Assembly (NCBI GenBank): GCA_964569225.1
Contig: CAZMTU010000004.1
Coordinates: 1-41,581, forward strand
Direction: 5' to 3'
DNA: 41,581 nucleotides
DNA from: an uncultured Lachnospiraceae bacterium
Lineage (GTDB): Bacteria; Bacillota; Clostridia; Oscillospirales; CAG-272
Of the stretch, positions 9,250-18,419 are shown one piece after another. Numbering within the stretch: the first letter of the stretch is position 1; each line of letters begins with the position of its first letter. Under the pieces are notes generated by a model that saw only the letters and a list, made by a program, of their open reading frames with translations, did not search any database and was not told the origin of the DNA. The position numbers and the translations under genes are program-made.

Positions 9250-10320
9250 TTATCCAATGATTTCAGGCATTTTCTTCAATATATTTCCAATGAGTATGCC
9301 ATATCCTTTGGTAGGCTCGTCCAGCAGCACATGCGTCACCGCACCGACCAGTTTGCCCTTTTGAATGACCGGCGACCCGCTCATTCCCTGTACAATACCG
9401 CCTGTTTTTGCAAGCAAATCCGGGTCGGTCAGTTCAATCACAAAATTTTTTCCACCCGGATCGTTTCCGCAAAGCTTTATGATCTTTACCGTGTATTCTT
9501 TAATGCCCTCTCCGTCTACTGTACAACGAATACTCGCATCGCCTTCTTCTATTTCCCCGTCGGTGGCTACCGGCAGAAGATCTGTTTCCGAATAATCGGG
9601 CAGCTTATTCAGCACTCCAAATACGCCGCAAACAGTATTTCCGATAAGCGAACCAATCTTAGCGCTGCTGAAATATCCTCTCAGTTCGCCCGGAGCGCCC
9701 TTATGCCCCTTCTGAATGCCGCTGATAGTAACCTCCATCACACTGCCCCGCAGCAACGGCATCAGCACACCTGTGTCAGAATCGCAAATGCCATGACCGA
9801 GACCGGAAAAACTGTTTGACCTCGGACAATAAAAAGTAACGGTTCCAATCCCTGCTGTGCTATCACGTATCCACACGCCCGCTTTCCATGTGTTTTCGCT
9901 TTCAGAACGGACCGGACACAAATTTACCTCAAGGGACTTGCCTTGGCGTGTAACCGTCAGCTTCAGCGGCTGTCCGTCACTTTTTTCCACCTGCTCCACT
10001 ACTCCGCTGACCGTATTGACAGCTTTTCCGTCAATACTTGAAAGGATATCACCGGCGTGAATGCCGGCCTGCTCCGCAGGAGAAATATCCTCGCCGGGAC
10101 AGTCCACCGGCGCGGTTCCTACAACTAAAACGCCCTCAGTCTGAAGTTGCACGCCAAATGAGGTTCCGCCCGGCAGCAGCATTTCCTGCTTACTGTCAGT
10201 CTGCTCTGCCGCGTGCGCGTTCAAAGCGAATCCCCCGCCCGGCAGCATTGCCATCGGCAATGCCAGCGAACAGACCAACAACAAGGCGGCTGCCCGCTCC
10301 TTTATTTTTGATTGTTTCAT
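9250..10320 (-). CDS. spoIVB: SpoIVB signalling peptidase (S55) with PDZ domain
   Basis: GVWIRDSTAGIGTVTF, LGHGICD, TGGIVQGMSGSPVIQ, GAVTHV; start ATG 10320 or GTG 10365. Confidence 0.95.
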   Translation of the reverse strand: MKQSKIKERAAALLLVCSLALPMAMLPGGGFALNAHAAEQTDSKQEMLLPGGTSFGVQLQTEGVLVVGTAPVDCPGEDISPAEQAGIHAGDILSSIDGKAVNTVSGVVEQVEKSDGQPLKLTVTRQGKSLEVNLCPVRSESENTWKAGVWIRDSTAGIGTVTFYCPRSNSFSGLGHGICDSDTGVLMPLLRGSVMEVTISGIQKGHKGAPGELRGYFSSAKIGSLIGNTVCGVFGVLNKLPDYSETDLLPVATDGEIEEGDASIRCTVDGEGIKEYTVKIIKLCGNDPGGKNFVIELTDPDLLAKTGGIVQGMSGSPVIQKGKLVGAVTHVLLDEPTKGYGILIGNILKKMPEIIG

Positions 10321-10408
10321 ATATGACCATGCCTTTCTGCGTGCTCCGATCGCTGATCTCGTCACGCATCCTTATTTTTCACATTCCTTTTTCCCTGCGT
10401 GGAACGGA

Positions 10409-10458
10409 CGCCCGATCCACCGCCTTGTTAATGTGTGTGGATCGGGCGCTTCTTATGC
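10409..10458 (-). promoter_or_regulatory. SigG/SigF-like promoter of spoIVB embedded in a 12-bp inverted repeat
   Basis: GCATA(10458-10454)-N18-CACATTA(10435-10429); perfect IR CGCCCGATCCAC 10409-10420 / GTGGATCGGGCG 10437-10448. Confidence 0.55.
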
Positions 10459-10473
10459 CATGTAATAACTGCC

Positions 10474-11988
10474 TTAAATCATTTTGGAAAAAACCGGTTT
10501 TCGCTCTCCCGGAATGAGCAGCACCTGTGGAAGTGCGCCTTCACCAATGGTGTTTGCCGCCAGCAGAACACTCTGCGGGACCCGGTACCGCTTCGCAATA
10601 TCCCAAATGCTTTCGCCGGGTAACGGATAGCAAAGCGTCACCGCGCTTCTCGACACGCATTTCTGATCCAGGTCGGGCAAAATATCGGTTACAAAGTTCA
10701 ACTCACCGTTCTGCCACAAAAAGATTTCCGCATTTACTGTAAGCGCCGCTTTTATTTCTTCTGCCTCCGTCATCGGATCAGCCGAAGCGGAAAAGCAAAC
10801 GCTCACCTCATCCCCTTCTTCTATTTCCCACGGAAAAGCTTCCATCAATGTAAGCGTCATCGGTTTTCCGTTCTCATCGGTTCCCAACACCGTAACCTCT
10901 GCCATACAGTGCAGAATCATTCTTCCTTCATTTTTTTCCACTGAATCGGCATACACCTTAGCAAAGGTTTTCAGGCATTTCTTCATTCCATCCGCCGGGC
11001 AGCTCATCATCCTGCGCTGCTGCTTCTGAGCTTTACGAAAAGACTGTATCACCGTTGCCCGCCCTTCTTTCAGCTTGGTAGGACAATTGACCGAATAGCA
11101 GTCAGTCACTTGACTGCTTTCTGCCTTTACAGCGATCCACGCGGTCACCGAGTAGGAAAAATCCAATTCCACACCGTGCGCTTCGCCTGTAGCATCCTCC
11201 GAAGGCACACAGGAAAGCTGTTCCGGCGTCAGGCTAACCATACAGAAAGCGTCAGAAGATACATCCGCATCAATACTGCTGTGAAAAGGAATAGGCAGTT
11301 CTGTAAAATGTAATCCGCCGTCAGGAGAACGGTAGAACAGTTCCAACGTTGCCTCCCCGGAAAATCTGATGCTTCCCTGAACCGCCTCACAGGAAGCGGT
11401 CCCCATGTTCAGATTGGCAAAAATGACCTCCTGTACCGGCGCGTCCCCCGGCAAAGAAAGATCCTCGCTGGCTTCCAACGACTGTTCTCTTACCTGGCTC
11501 AGCTTCCAAAAGGGAATCACTTTACACCGTTTTTCCAGTGAATCTTCGGGAAGATCTTCTGAAATGGAAGGACCAGCTTCAATTTCATAAAAAATTCTTG
11601 GAATTACTTCAATTTTTCCCTTTAAATTCAGCTTCCGGGGATTCAGTGCTCTGGCACTGACATTTTGCAGCACCTCATCCGAAGTAACCGCCGCTTCTCC
11701 CGCTTGATCCTTGATCGGCGTCTGACCGTTATATTCCATTGTAAACTGAACGGTGTGAATCTCGTCATTTTCATCTGAAAAAAGAACCTTACAAATCAGA
11801 TTTCCTCCACAGCTTAGCTTCCCATTTTCAGCAAAACAGCGCCCGGGACAAAGGGTACCGGCAGTGTAAAGAATTTTCCGAATATCGGGATATGAATCGG
11901 GCAAAATAAAATCCTTGGTGCATTCCGCGTGAATTTGCAGCTTTTCATCCGATCGCCTCCACAGAGGCATTTGCGTCATTTTTTCCAA
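10474..11988 (-). CDS. SipL/SpoVID-like spore coat morphogenetic protein (SPOCS/DUF3794 repeats plus C-terminal LysM)
   Basis: DFILPDSYPDIRKIL and RALNPRKL SPOCS-type motifs; LysM-like PGESIWDIAKRY..LLAAN; SigE-type promoter upstream. Confidence 0.82.
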   Translation of the reverse strand: MEKMTQMPLWRRSDEKLQIHAECTKDFILPDSYPDIRKILYTAGTLCPGRCFAENGKLSCGGNLICKVLFSDENDEIHTVQFTMEYNGQTPIKDQAGEAAVTSDEVLQNVSARALNPRKLNLKGKIEVIPRIFYEIEAGPSISEDLPEDSLEKRCKVIPFWKLSQVREQSLEASEDLSLPGDAPVQEVIFANLNMGTASCEAVQGSIRFSGEATLELFYRSPDGGLHFTELPIPFHSSIDADVSSDAFCMVSLTPEQLSCVPSEDATGEAHGVELDFSYSVTAWIAVKAESSQVTDCYSVNCPTKLKEGRATVIQSFRKAQKQQRRMMSCPADGMKKCLKTFAKVYADSVEKNEGRMILHCMAEVTVLGTDENGKPMTLTLMEAFPWEIEEGDEVSVCFSASADPMTEAEEIKAALTVNAEIFLWQNGELNFVTDILPDLDQKCVSRSAVTLCYPLPGESIWDIAKRYRVPQSVLLAANTIGEGALPQVLLIPGERKPVFSKMI

Positions 11989-12016
11989 GCCAATCGCTCC
12001 TTGTACGTTTTTTGAT

Positions 12017-12045
12017 ATTCTATGCGTCGGCCCATTTGAATATGC
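12017..12045 (-). promoter_or_regulatory. SigE-type promoter of the sipL-like gene
   Basis: GCATA-N16-CATAGAAT, matching the mother-cell SigE consensus. Confidence 0.7.
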
Positions 12046-12184
12046 TTTTCAATTTTTGCATTTACAGTGAGCAAGTCGAAGGCTTTTCCCCTTTTATCCG
12101 GCGCTGATTTAATTCCCGCCCAAATATTTTTCATCTCTTTTCGACCGGATTTCTTCGGAATGACATGCTCTGATCCAAAAAGCC

Positions 12185-12877
12185 TCATTGATCCAGACTG
12201 GGATGCGCGGTCAGATAATCACAGATCTTTTGCAGCGCCGCTTTTTCGATACGGCTTACATAGGAACGCGATATCCCGATTTTATCCGCAATTTCCCGCT
12301 GAGCCAAAGGTGCTTTTCCGGAAAGTCCATAGCGCAATACAATGATCTGCCGCTCTCTCGGCGTAAGCCCTGTTCGAATGAATTTTTTGGCTTGTGAAGA
12401 AGAAATTTTTACGTAAATATCATCCGCGATCGTATCATCGCAGCTAATAATATCAATATAAGTGAGGGGATTTCCATCCTTGTCTACGTCGATCGGTTCG
12501 TTCAGCGATACTTCACATTGGGTTTTCTTTTGTGATCGAAAATACATTAAAATTTCATTTTGCAAGCATCTGCCCGCATATGTGGCAAAACGCGCGCCAT
12601 TGGTGCAGTCAAAAGAATCTACCGCCTTAATCAGCCCGATCGTGCCGATTGAAATCAGATCCTCCTGATTATGACTGGATATGTAATACTTTTTCACAAT
12701 ATGCGCCACCAGACGCAAATTATGCAGGATCAATTTTTCCCTTGCGGCTTCATCGCCTTCCTTACACCTGCGAAAGCACTCCTGTTCTTCCTCATAGGAC
12801 AGCGGCGGCGGAAAGCAGGATGCTTCATCTACCTTTAAAAACAGCGCAATCATTCCAGTCAGCGCCTGTAACAGCAT
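12185..12877 (-). CDS. sigK: Pro-sigma-K sporulation sigma factor, uninterrupted
   Basis: Hydrophobic pro-peptide then FPPPLS; HNLRLVAHIVKKY, EDLISIGTIGLIKA, NEILMYFR, QREIADKIGISRSYVSRIEK; ATG 12877 after AAGGAAG. Confidence 0.93.
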   Translation of the reverse strand: MLLQALTGMIALFLKVDEASCFPPPLSYEEEQECFRRCKEGDEAAREKLILHNLRLVAHIVKKYYISSHNQEDLISIGTIGLIKAVDSFDCTNGARFATYAGRCLQNEILMYFRSQKKTQCEVSLNEPIDVDKDGNPLTYIDIISCDDTIADDIYVKISSSQAKKFIRTGLTPRERQIIVLRYGLSGKAPLAQREIADKIGISRSYVSRIEKAALQKICDYLTAHPSLDQ

Positions 12878-12980
12878 GTAATCTCTTCCTTTCCGGATTA
12901 AAATTAAAAAATTCACAAAAGCAGGCATTCACCTGTTTACAATCGACTCAAAAAGTGTTAAAATAAATACGATTATTTGC

Positions 12981-13010
12981 AGTATATGCGCGTCGGCTTG
13001 ACCGATTGAC
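12981..13010 (-). promoter_or_regulatory. SigE/SigK-type promoter of sigK
   Basis: -10 CATATACT at 12988-12981; weak -35 TCAAT 16 bp upstream. Confidence 0.45.
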
Positions 13011-13031
13011 TGTCTCAAAAGGAGATCTTAT

Positions 13032-13976
13032 ATGAATCACTCATTACTCCGATGTGCTGTCATAGACATCGGTTCCAATACCATTAAAATGACCACCTAC
13101 GACTATAACGGCAGCAGACTGACCGAACGGAAACGGAAAACCGTAAATGCCGGTCTGATCGCTTATGTTCAGAATGGAAAGCTTACCGATGAAGGGGTCC
13201 GCATTCTTATAGCCGCTGTCAGAGATCTTCAGAGCTTTGCCAAAGCGGACCGATGCACGCAAATCTACCCTTTTGCTACCGCCGGACTTCGGGCCGCCAC
13301 CAATAGTGCGGACGCAATCGAGGCAGTCAAAAACGCTACCGGCCTCATGATCGACCTCATCAGCGGCGATCGTGAAGCAAAACTTTCCTTTGAAGCATTG
13401 CTTCCCTCTCTGGACAAGCATATTCAGTCTGGCATCGCTATTGATATGGGCGGCGGCAGCACTGAACTGGTCGGATTCTCCAACCGGCGCGCGCAGCGAA
13501 ACGTATCGCTTCGTTTGGGCGCGTTAGTACTCTATACTAAGTTTGTTTTCAATATTCTGCCTACCCCTCGTGAGGCTAAAAGGATCCGCGCCTATGTTTC
13601 AGCCAAGCTGATCAAACAGCCATGGCTTTCAGGGTACGGCAGCACGCTTTACATAAACGGCGGTACCGGGCGGACGCTCGCAAGATTACACGCCAATCTC
13701 TACGGTCAAAACAGTACTTTACCCTATCGCGTTCCCTACGGCGACATGGAAGAAATACTGGCACTAATCACCTCTATGGATCGCTCATTTAAGCAGCTTT
13801 TAATTAAAGAAGTCCCTACCCGTATCCACACTTTTCCTGCCGGTCTTTGCGCGCTGCTCGCTATTATGGACCGATCCGGCGCCGCTGAACTGGTCGTCAC
13901 AACCGCCAGCATTCGGGAAGGCTATTTAATTTCCAGATTAAACGAGGAAAAAAGGACGGCTGACCGCCGTCAATAA
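13032..13976 (+). CDS. Ppx/GppA-family phosphatase, short form
   Basis: DIGSNT, ATAGLR, ISGDREA, DMGGGSTEL, SIREGY; AAGGAG RBS. Confidence 0.9.
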   Translation: MNHSLLRCAVIDIGSNTIKMTTYDYNGSRLTERKRKTVNAGLIAYVQNGKLTDEGVRILIAAVRDLQSFAKADRCTQIYPFATAGLRAATNSADAIEAVKNATGLMIDLISGDREAKLSFEALLPSLDKHIQSGIAIDMGGGSTELVGFSNRRAQRNVSLRLGALVLYTKFVFNILPTPREAKRIRAYVSAKLIKQPWLSGYGSTLYINGGTGRTLARLHANLYGQNSTLPYRVPYGDMEEILALITSMDRSFKQLLIKEVPTRIHTFPAGLCALLAIMDRSGAAELVVTTASIREGYLISRLNEEKRTADRRQ

Positions 13977-14008
13977 GCAACACAATCACCTGAATTGAAG
14001 AGGATTTT

Positions 14009-14782
14009 ATGCAAAAAGAACAGGAACGCTTTCAGGAAAACAGCATAATGGAGGGAATGATCTCCTTTCGGGCGGTCATTGACGGTATGGAAGCAGGCGT
14101 CAGCGACCGCCGCATTGAGCGTGTGCTTTTTGATATAGACCGCGCAAAGGCGCTCTCTCGCCATCTATCCTATATCAAAGCCAAAAGTTATCAGCATTGC
14201 TTTTCTGTAACCGCCGTAGACAAAGCGGAAATCGACGCGCTGGCAGTGGGCAGCAGTCACGGCGGATTGTTAACCGTCTGTACGCCCCGAACGCTGCCGA
14301 TATTGGAAAACGCTTCTCCGGAACCCAAAGGCTTCTATATTTTGCTCTGCGGCATTGAAGATCCCTATAATTTTGGCTATGCTCTGCGTTCACTCTATGC
14401 GGCCGGCGCGTCCGGTATACTGCTCCCTCCTCACAACTGGATGAGCGCCGCCGGTGTGGTCTGCCGGGCCTCCGCCGGCGCGTCCGAGCAGCTTCCGCTG
14501 TTTGAATGTGAACCGGAAGAAGCAATTCATCGCTTCAAGCGTCAAGGGTATAAGATCGTCGCTGCCGATCAGCCAAATTCAACCTGCATGTGGGACGCAG
14601 ACCTGTCCCTTCCGCTGCTGCTGCTTATTGGCGGTGAAAGGAGAGGCATCCCCAAAGCGCTGCTGAATGATTGCGACGGAATCGTATCCATCAACTACGG
14701 ACGTCCTTTCCCTGCCGCGCTTTCCGCCGCGTCAGCGGCGTCTATACTGGCGTTCGAGATTGCAAGGCAGAACCGGAGATAA
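14009..14782 (+). CDS. SpoU/TrmH-family RNA 2'-O-methyltransferase (RlmB-like)
   Basis: GIEDPYNFG..RS, RASAGA, IGGERRGI, SPOUT-type C-terminus. Confidence 0.85.
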   Translation: MQKEQERFQENSIMEGMISFRAVIDGMEAGVSDRRIERVLFDIDRAKALSRHLSYIKAKSYQHCFSVTAVDKAEIDALAVGSSHGGLLTVCTPRTLPILENASPEPKGFYILLCGIEDPYNFGYALRSLYAAGASGILLPPHNWMSAAGVVCRASAGASEQLPLFECEPEEAIHRFKRQGYKIVAADQPNSTCMWDADLSLPLLLLIGGERRGIPKALLNDCDGIVSINYGRPFPAALSAASAASILAFEIARQNRR

Positions 14783-14860
14783 CGCTCAATTGAGCCAAAA
14801 GCTGAAATATTGAATCGCCTTTTGTCACTTGTCAGTTGACAAACTTCCATTTTGAATAGG

Positions 14861-14889
14861 TGGACTTTTCGCCATTGATATGCTACAAT
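14861..14889 (+). promoter_or_regulatory. SigA-like promoter upstream of the first XRE gene
   Basis: TGGACT-N17-TACAAT with extended TG. Confidence 0.45.
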
Positions 14890-15028
14890 TGACGCATAAA
14901 ACAGGTGTGATCAAAGGGTATGACAATTATTGCGAAAATTCTACTCTGCGGCTTACAACATGATTTTGCAGGCAAAACCGCCGTATTTTCCAATACTATA
15001 CTCAATTCAAAACATATGGGAGGACACC

Positions 15029-16045
15029 ATGACATTAGGGCAGCGAATTCAGCAGATCCGAACTACACTGTCGCTTTCGCAGGAATCCTTTGGCGAAAAG
15101 CTCGGAACCACACGGCAGACGGTTTCAAAGTGGGAACTGGATCAAACTGTACCGGAACTCAGCAAAATCGTTTTAATGAGTAAACTGTTTTCTGTAACCA
15201 CAGATTCGATTCTAATTGACGGAATCAGTAGCTTTGATTCCGTATTATATGGAGCACTTCCCTGCGGTGTTTACAGATCCCCTGTCAGTGAAATCGTTGA
15301 AACAGAGCGGTTTGCGCTGGTCTATTATTGCTCAACCGATCAGACACTGCTCGGGACAAAGCTATATGCCGGAATAGACAGTCAAAAGAAGCTGACGGCG
15401 GTCTGCGAGCGCGATCAAATAAATCAACGCACGCTCTATGCCTATGAAACTGAGGCACATGCGGTAATTGCCAATAATGAAGCATTGAAAAACATGCTTG
15501 GCGAACGATACGATCATTCACAAACTAAATCCATGAAGCGTACCGAAACATTTTTCGTAAACCGCGGCGGCGCTTCCCTTCCAACGGTCAGCGAAGCGGG
15601 CTTCAAAAAATGTTTGCAGCTTTGGAGGATGTCGGACTCCCTTGCAGCAACCGACAACCGCTTTCACTTTTTTCTATGCACTGGCAAAACAGAATATATT
15701 TTCTCGGTAATCCCTCAAGACGTCAACATTTATTGCGGCGCATCCTATAACATTCCCTTTGAAATGGGACTGTTCGGGGGCAAACAGTTTTTTCGTATCC
15801 GAAATTATCAGGACAATACACAGCCTTTTTGCGCATTCACCTGCGATTTCGATTCTGAATATACCGATCAGCCCGTTCCCACCGTTGAATGTCAGTATGG
15901 AAAATGTGTACAGACAAGACAGGGACTTATGTGGTGCGTGAAGCGTTATACCGACGATGAAATCGTCCTGCAGGGTTGCGGGGATGATGAGTATATCTAT
16001 CACCGGAATAACTGTCGGACAGAAATATTTACCACTGAAAGCTGA
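15029..16045 (+). CDS. XRE-family HTH regulator with uncharacterised Cys-rich C-terminal domain
   Basis: LGQRIQQIR..LSQESFGEKLGTTRQTVSKWELDQTVP; GGAGG RBS before ATG 15029. Confidence 0.85.
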   Translation: MTLGQRIQQIRTTLSLSQESFGEKLGTTRQTVSKWELDQTVPELSKIVLMSKLFSVTTDSILIDGISSFDSVLYGALPCGVYRSPVSEIVETERFALVYYCSTDQTLLGTKLYAGIDSQKKLTAVCERDQINQRTLYAYETEAHAVIANNEALKNMLGERYDHSQTKSMKRTETFFVNRGGASLPTVSEAGFKKCLQLWRMSDSLAATDNRFHFFLCTGKTEYIFSVIPQDVNIYCGASYNIPFEMGLFGGKQFFRIRNYQDNTQPFCAFTCDFDSEYTDQPVPTVECQYGKCVQTRQGLMWCVKRYTDDEIVLQGCGDDEYIYHRNNCRTEIFTTES

Positions 16046-16094
16046 ACCTCAGTCAAACTCAACTATTCGTTTATTTTTTCGACTTAAACTAAAC

Positions 16095-16155
16095 AATGCG
16101 GTCATTGAAAAATGACCGCATTTGATTTATAATAAAAACAGAACAAGCGCTTGTT
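16095..16155 (+). promoter_or_regulatory. Hairpin, SigA promoter and palindromic operator between the two XRE genes
   Basis: IR AATGCGGTCATT-GAAA-AATGACCGCATT (16095-16122); TTGAAA-N17-TATAAT (16105-16133); palindrome AACAAGCGCTTGTT (16142-16155). Confidence 0.7.
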
Positions 16156-16173
16156 ACTTTATTTCAGAAACGG

Positions 16174-17256
16174 ATGATTGGACAAATGAACATTACACTA
16201 AGCGAGCAACTAAAAAAGCTTCGCCGTGACAAGGGCAACACGCAGGAGGAGCTTGCCTCTCTTTTGGGACTGTCGGTTCAGGCAGTTTCCAAATGGGAAC
16301 GGAACGAAGGCTATCCCGACATCACCCTTCTGCCTGCCATCTCCGCTTACTACAACGTTTCGGTGGACGAGCTGCTGGGGGTGGACGAACTGAAAAAGCA
16401 GGCTGAAATTGACGAATATATCCAAAAAAGTACCGTTTTAGCCAATCAGGGAAGAACCGCAGAACGGGTCGCTCTTTGGAGAGAAGCGTATAGGGATCAT
16501 TCCAATGACATAAACGTAATTTACAGGTTAATGTATGCGCTTTTATCTAACGACAACCCCCAAGATTATGAGGAGATCATTGCACTGGGCGAACGCGTAC
16601 TGAAAGAATGTGACGTTCCGGAACTTCGGATGGGTGCGATTCAATGCGCATGCTTTGCCTGCATCGGTTTAAACCGAACCGATGACGCCCAAAAATATGC
16701 CGCCATGGCAAGCAGCTATTATTCCTGTCGAAACGAACTCATGAAAAACCTGCTGAAAGGAGAAGAAGCCGTTCGCTGCTGTCAGCAAAACCTTCAAATG
16801 CTAATTGATCTTGTCTCCTTAAATGTGTCTGCCATGCTGCAAAACGCTAACTTCACAGCGAGCGAAAAAATAAAGGCTTACGCATTTGTGTTAAAGCTGT
16901 ACGATCTGCTCTACGACGACGGCAACTACGGTTTTTATTCTATAAGGGTTTCCGAGTGGAATATGTGGCTGGCAGAACTGTATGCAGAGGAAAGCCAATG
17001 GGATAGTACGCTGGACTGCTTAGAAAAAGCGGTTCAATGCGCGATCCTATACGATACCGCTACAGGCGGTTCCTACACATCACTTTTGACCGATCGATGT
17101 GTTTATGATCCTGCCGCCACTTCTAAAAATTATACCGAAAGCACTTCCATGCTCCGCCTACAGGAAATGCGGTACGCCTGCTTCGACTTTTTACGGGAAA
17201 ATGAACGCTTTCAGAAAATCGAAAGGCGGCTAAAAGCTGCCGCCAAGTCAAATTGA
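16174..17256 (+). CDS. XRE-family HTH regulator with helical TPR-like C-terminal domain
   Basis: LKKLRR..TQEELASLLGLSVQAVSKWERNEGYPDITLLP; remainder looks like helical repeats; start may be 16186. Confidence 0.85.
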   Translation: MIGQMNITLSEQLKKLRRDKGNTQEELASLLGLSVQAVSKWERNEGYPDITLLPAISAYYNVSVDELLGVDELKKQAEIDEYIQKSTVLANQGRTAERVALWREAYRDHSNDINVIYRLMYALLSNDNPQDYEEIIALGERVLKECDVPELRMGAIQCACFACIGLNRTDDAQKYAAMASSYYSCRNELMKNLLKGEEAVRCCQQNLQMLIDLVSLNVSAMLQNANFTASEKIKAYAFVLKLYDLLYDDGNYGFYSIRVSEWNMWLAELYAEESQWDSTLDCLEKAVQCAILYDTATGGSYTSLLTDRCVYDPAATSKNYTESTSMLRLQEMRYACFDFLRENERFQKIERRLKAAAKSN

Positions 17257-17266
17257 CAGCCCTTTT

Positions 17267-17294
17267 GCACAAAAATATTCTTTTGACATAGAAT
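17267..17294 (+). promoter_or_regulatory. SigK/SigE-type promoter
   Basis: GCACA-N15-CATAGAAT; -10 identical to the one upstream of the sipL-like gene. Confidence 0.55.
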
Positions 17295-17327
17295 GACAGC
17301 AAATCATCAGAGAAATGAGGTCATTCT

Positions 17328-18410
17328 ATGTCTTTTTTTCTGCCTATCACTGATTATCGGGAGGAAAAAGCAGCCTTTCTTCCCCCCGATTCTTTTTGTC
17401 CGGAGTTGATAAACGTGCTTGGTGTATCTGACCGCGCTCTGCCGGATCAAATTCAAAAAACGCCTGCAACTCCGACATCCGATACCGACCTGAAGCCGAT
17501 TTACGCGCTGTGGGGCGGAAGCGATCGCTGCGTCAGCGCGCTGCTGTCCGCCGCCGCAACAGAGGCGGCTAACCGTTCTCTTGATACGTTTATATGCCGA
17601 GATCCCATCGATCCCTCTCTGATTACCGCATTGCGGATAGAAGGAGTTGGGCTGTTGCAAAAAACCGAAACGACCCTTCCTCCTTCCGCCCGGCTGATTG
17701 ATCTGTCCGCTCTTTTTCTGCCCTTTACACCTGATGAACGCGCGCATCTGAATGCCCTTGAAAACGAGCGGGACTCGCTGCTCGACCGCTGCCGAACAGC
17801 GGGAGAGATAATCGCCCGTTTGGAAAAGCTGCAATTACGGCTTACATTCCCCCTGCATCGCACCGATCTGCTGAAAAAAAAGGCTTCGCGCATTGCAAAC
17901 ACAATCCCTTTAGGCGGCGGAAAGGTCTATCGGCTGCCTGTTTCCACCGTCACGTCCGATCATCGCCTTCGCTTGTTTCCCTTTGGCGGCAATACCCGAA
18001 TTATTGGACTGAATGATTTATATGCGGTCGCGCCTCATTTTTTGAGACTGCTCAGTGAAGCGCTTATCCTGCGGGGCGCCGATCAGTTTCAACTGACTGA
18101 TCAGTGGTCAGGCAGTTTTGTCGGACTGTATTTGCCCTCAGTCAAGCTATGTTACCTGATTGAACCGCCCGAAGACCGTCAAAAACTGATGACACTCAGC
18201 CGTTATCTCCTTTCCCGTACGCAGTCGCTGCGGGGCGCCTATCGGGAACTGAACGAATGCGGTCGGCAAATCCAAAAACATCTTGCCTCCCTTTCCGGTC
18301 AATCGAATGAAATAGCGCTGCAAACGCAGCAGTTATATGAAAATAAGCTGCAAAAAAGCAGGTTCGGAGAATTCCGAAAACGGCTCCTGATCGACTTGTT
18401 CTGCAAATAA
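17328..18410 (+). CDS. Hypothetical protein, probable degenerate PRK06851-like P-loop protein
   Basis: IYALWGGSDRCVSALL..ICRDPIDPSLITALRI resembles the family pattern YILKGGPGxGKSTL..CSSDPDSLDG from memory; GAGG RBS. Confidence 0.55.
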   Translation: MSFFLPITDYREEKAAFLPPDSFCPELINVLGVSDRALPDQIQKTPATPTSDTDLKPIYALWGGSDRCVSALLSAAATEAANRSLDTFICRDPIDPSLITALRIEGVGLLQKTETTLPPSARLIDLSALFLPFTPDERAHLNALENERDSLLDRCRTAGEIIARLEKLQLRLTFPLHRTDLLKKKASRIANTIPLGGGKVYRLPVSTVTSDHRLRLFPFGGNTRIIGLNDLYAVAPHFLRLLSEALILRGADQFQLTDQWSGSFVGLYLPSVKLCYLIEPPEDRQKLMTLSRYLLSRTQSLRGAYRELNECGRQIQKHLASLSGQSNEIALQTQQLYENKLQKSRFGEFRKRLLIDLFCK

Positions 18411-18419
18411 AAAGAATGA

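Noticed and set aside
12185-12928. Possible skin-like interruption of sigK
   Set aside because: Reading frame is continuous and no recombinase is nearby
17257-17327. Search for a signalling-peptide gene next to the HTH-TPR-like regulator
   Set aside because: No small ORF with RBS and signal peptide in either flanking intergenic region
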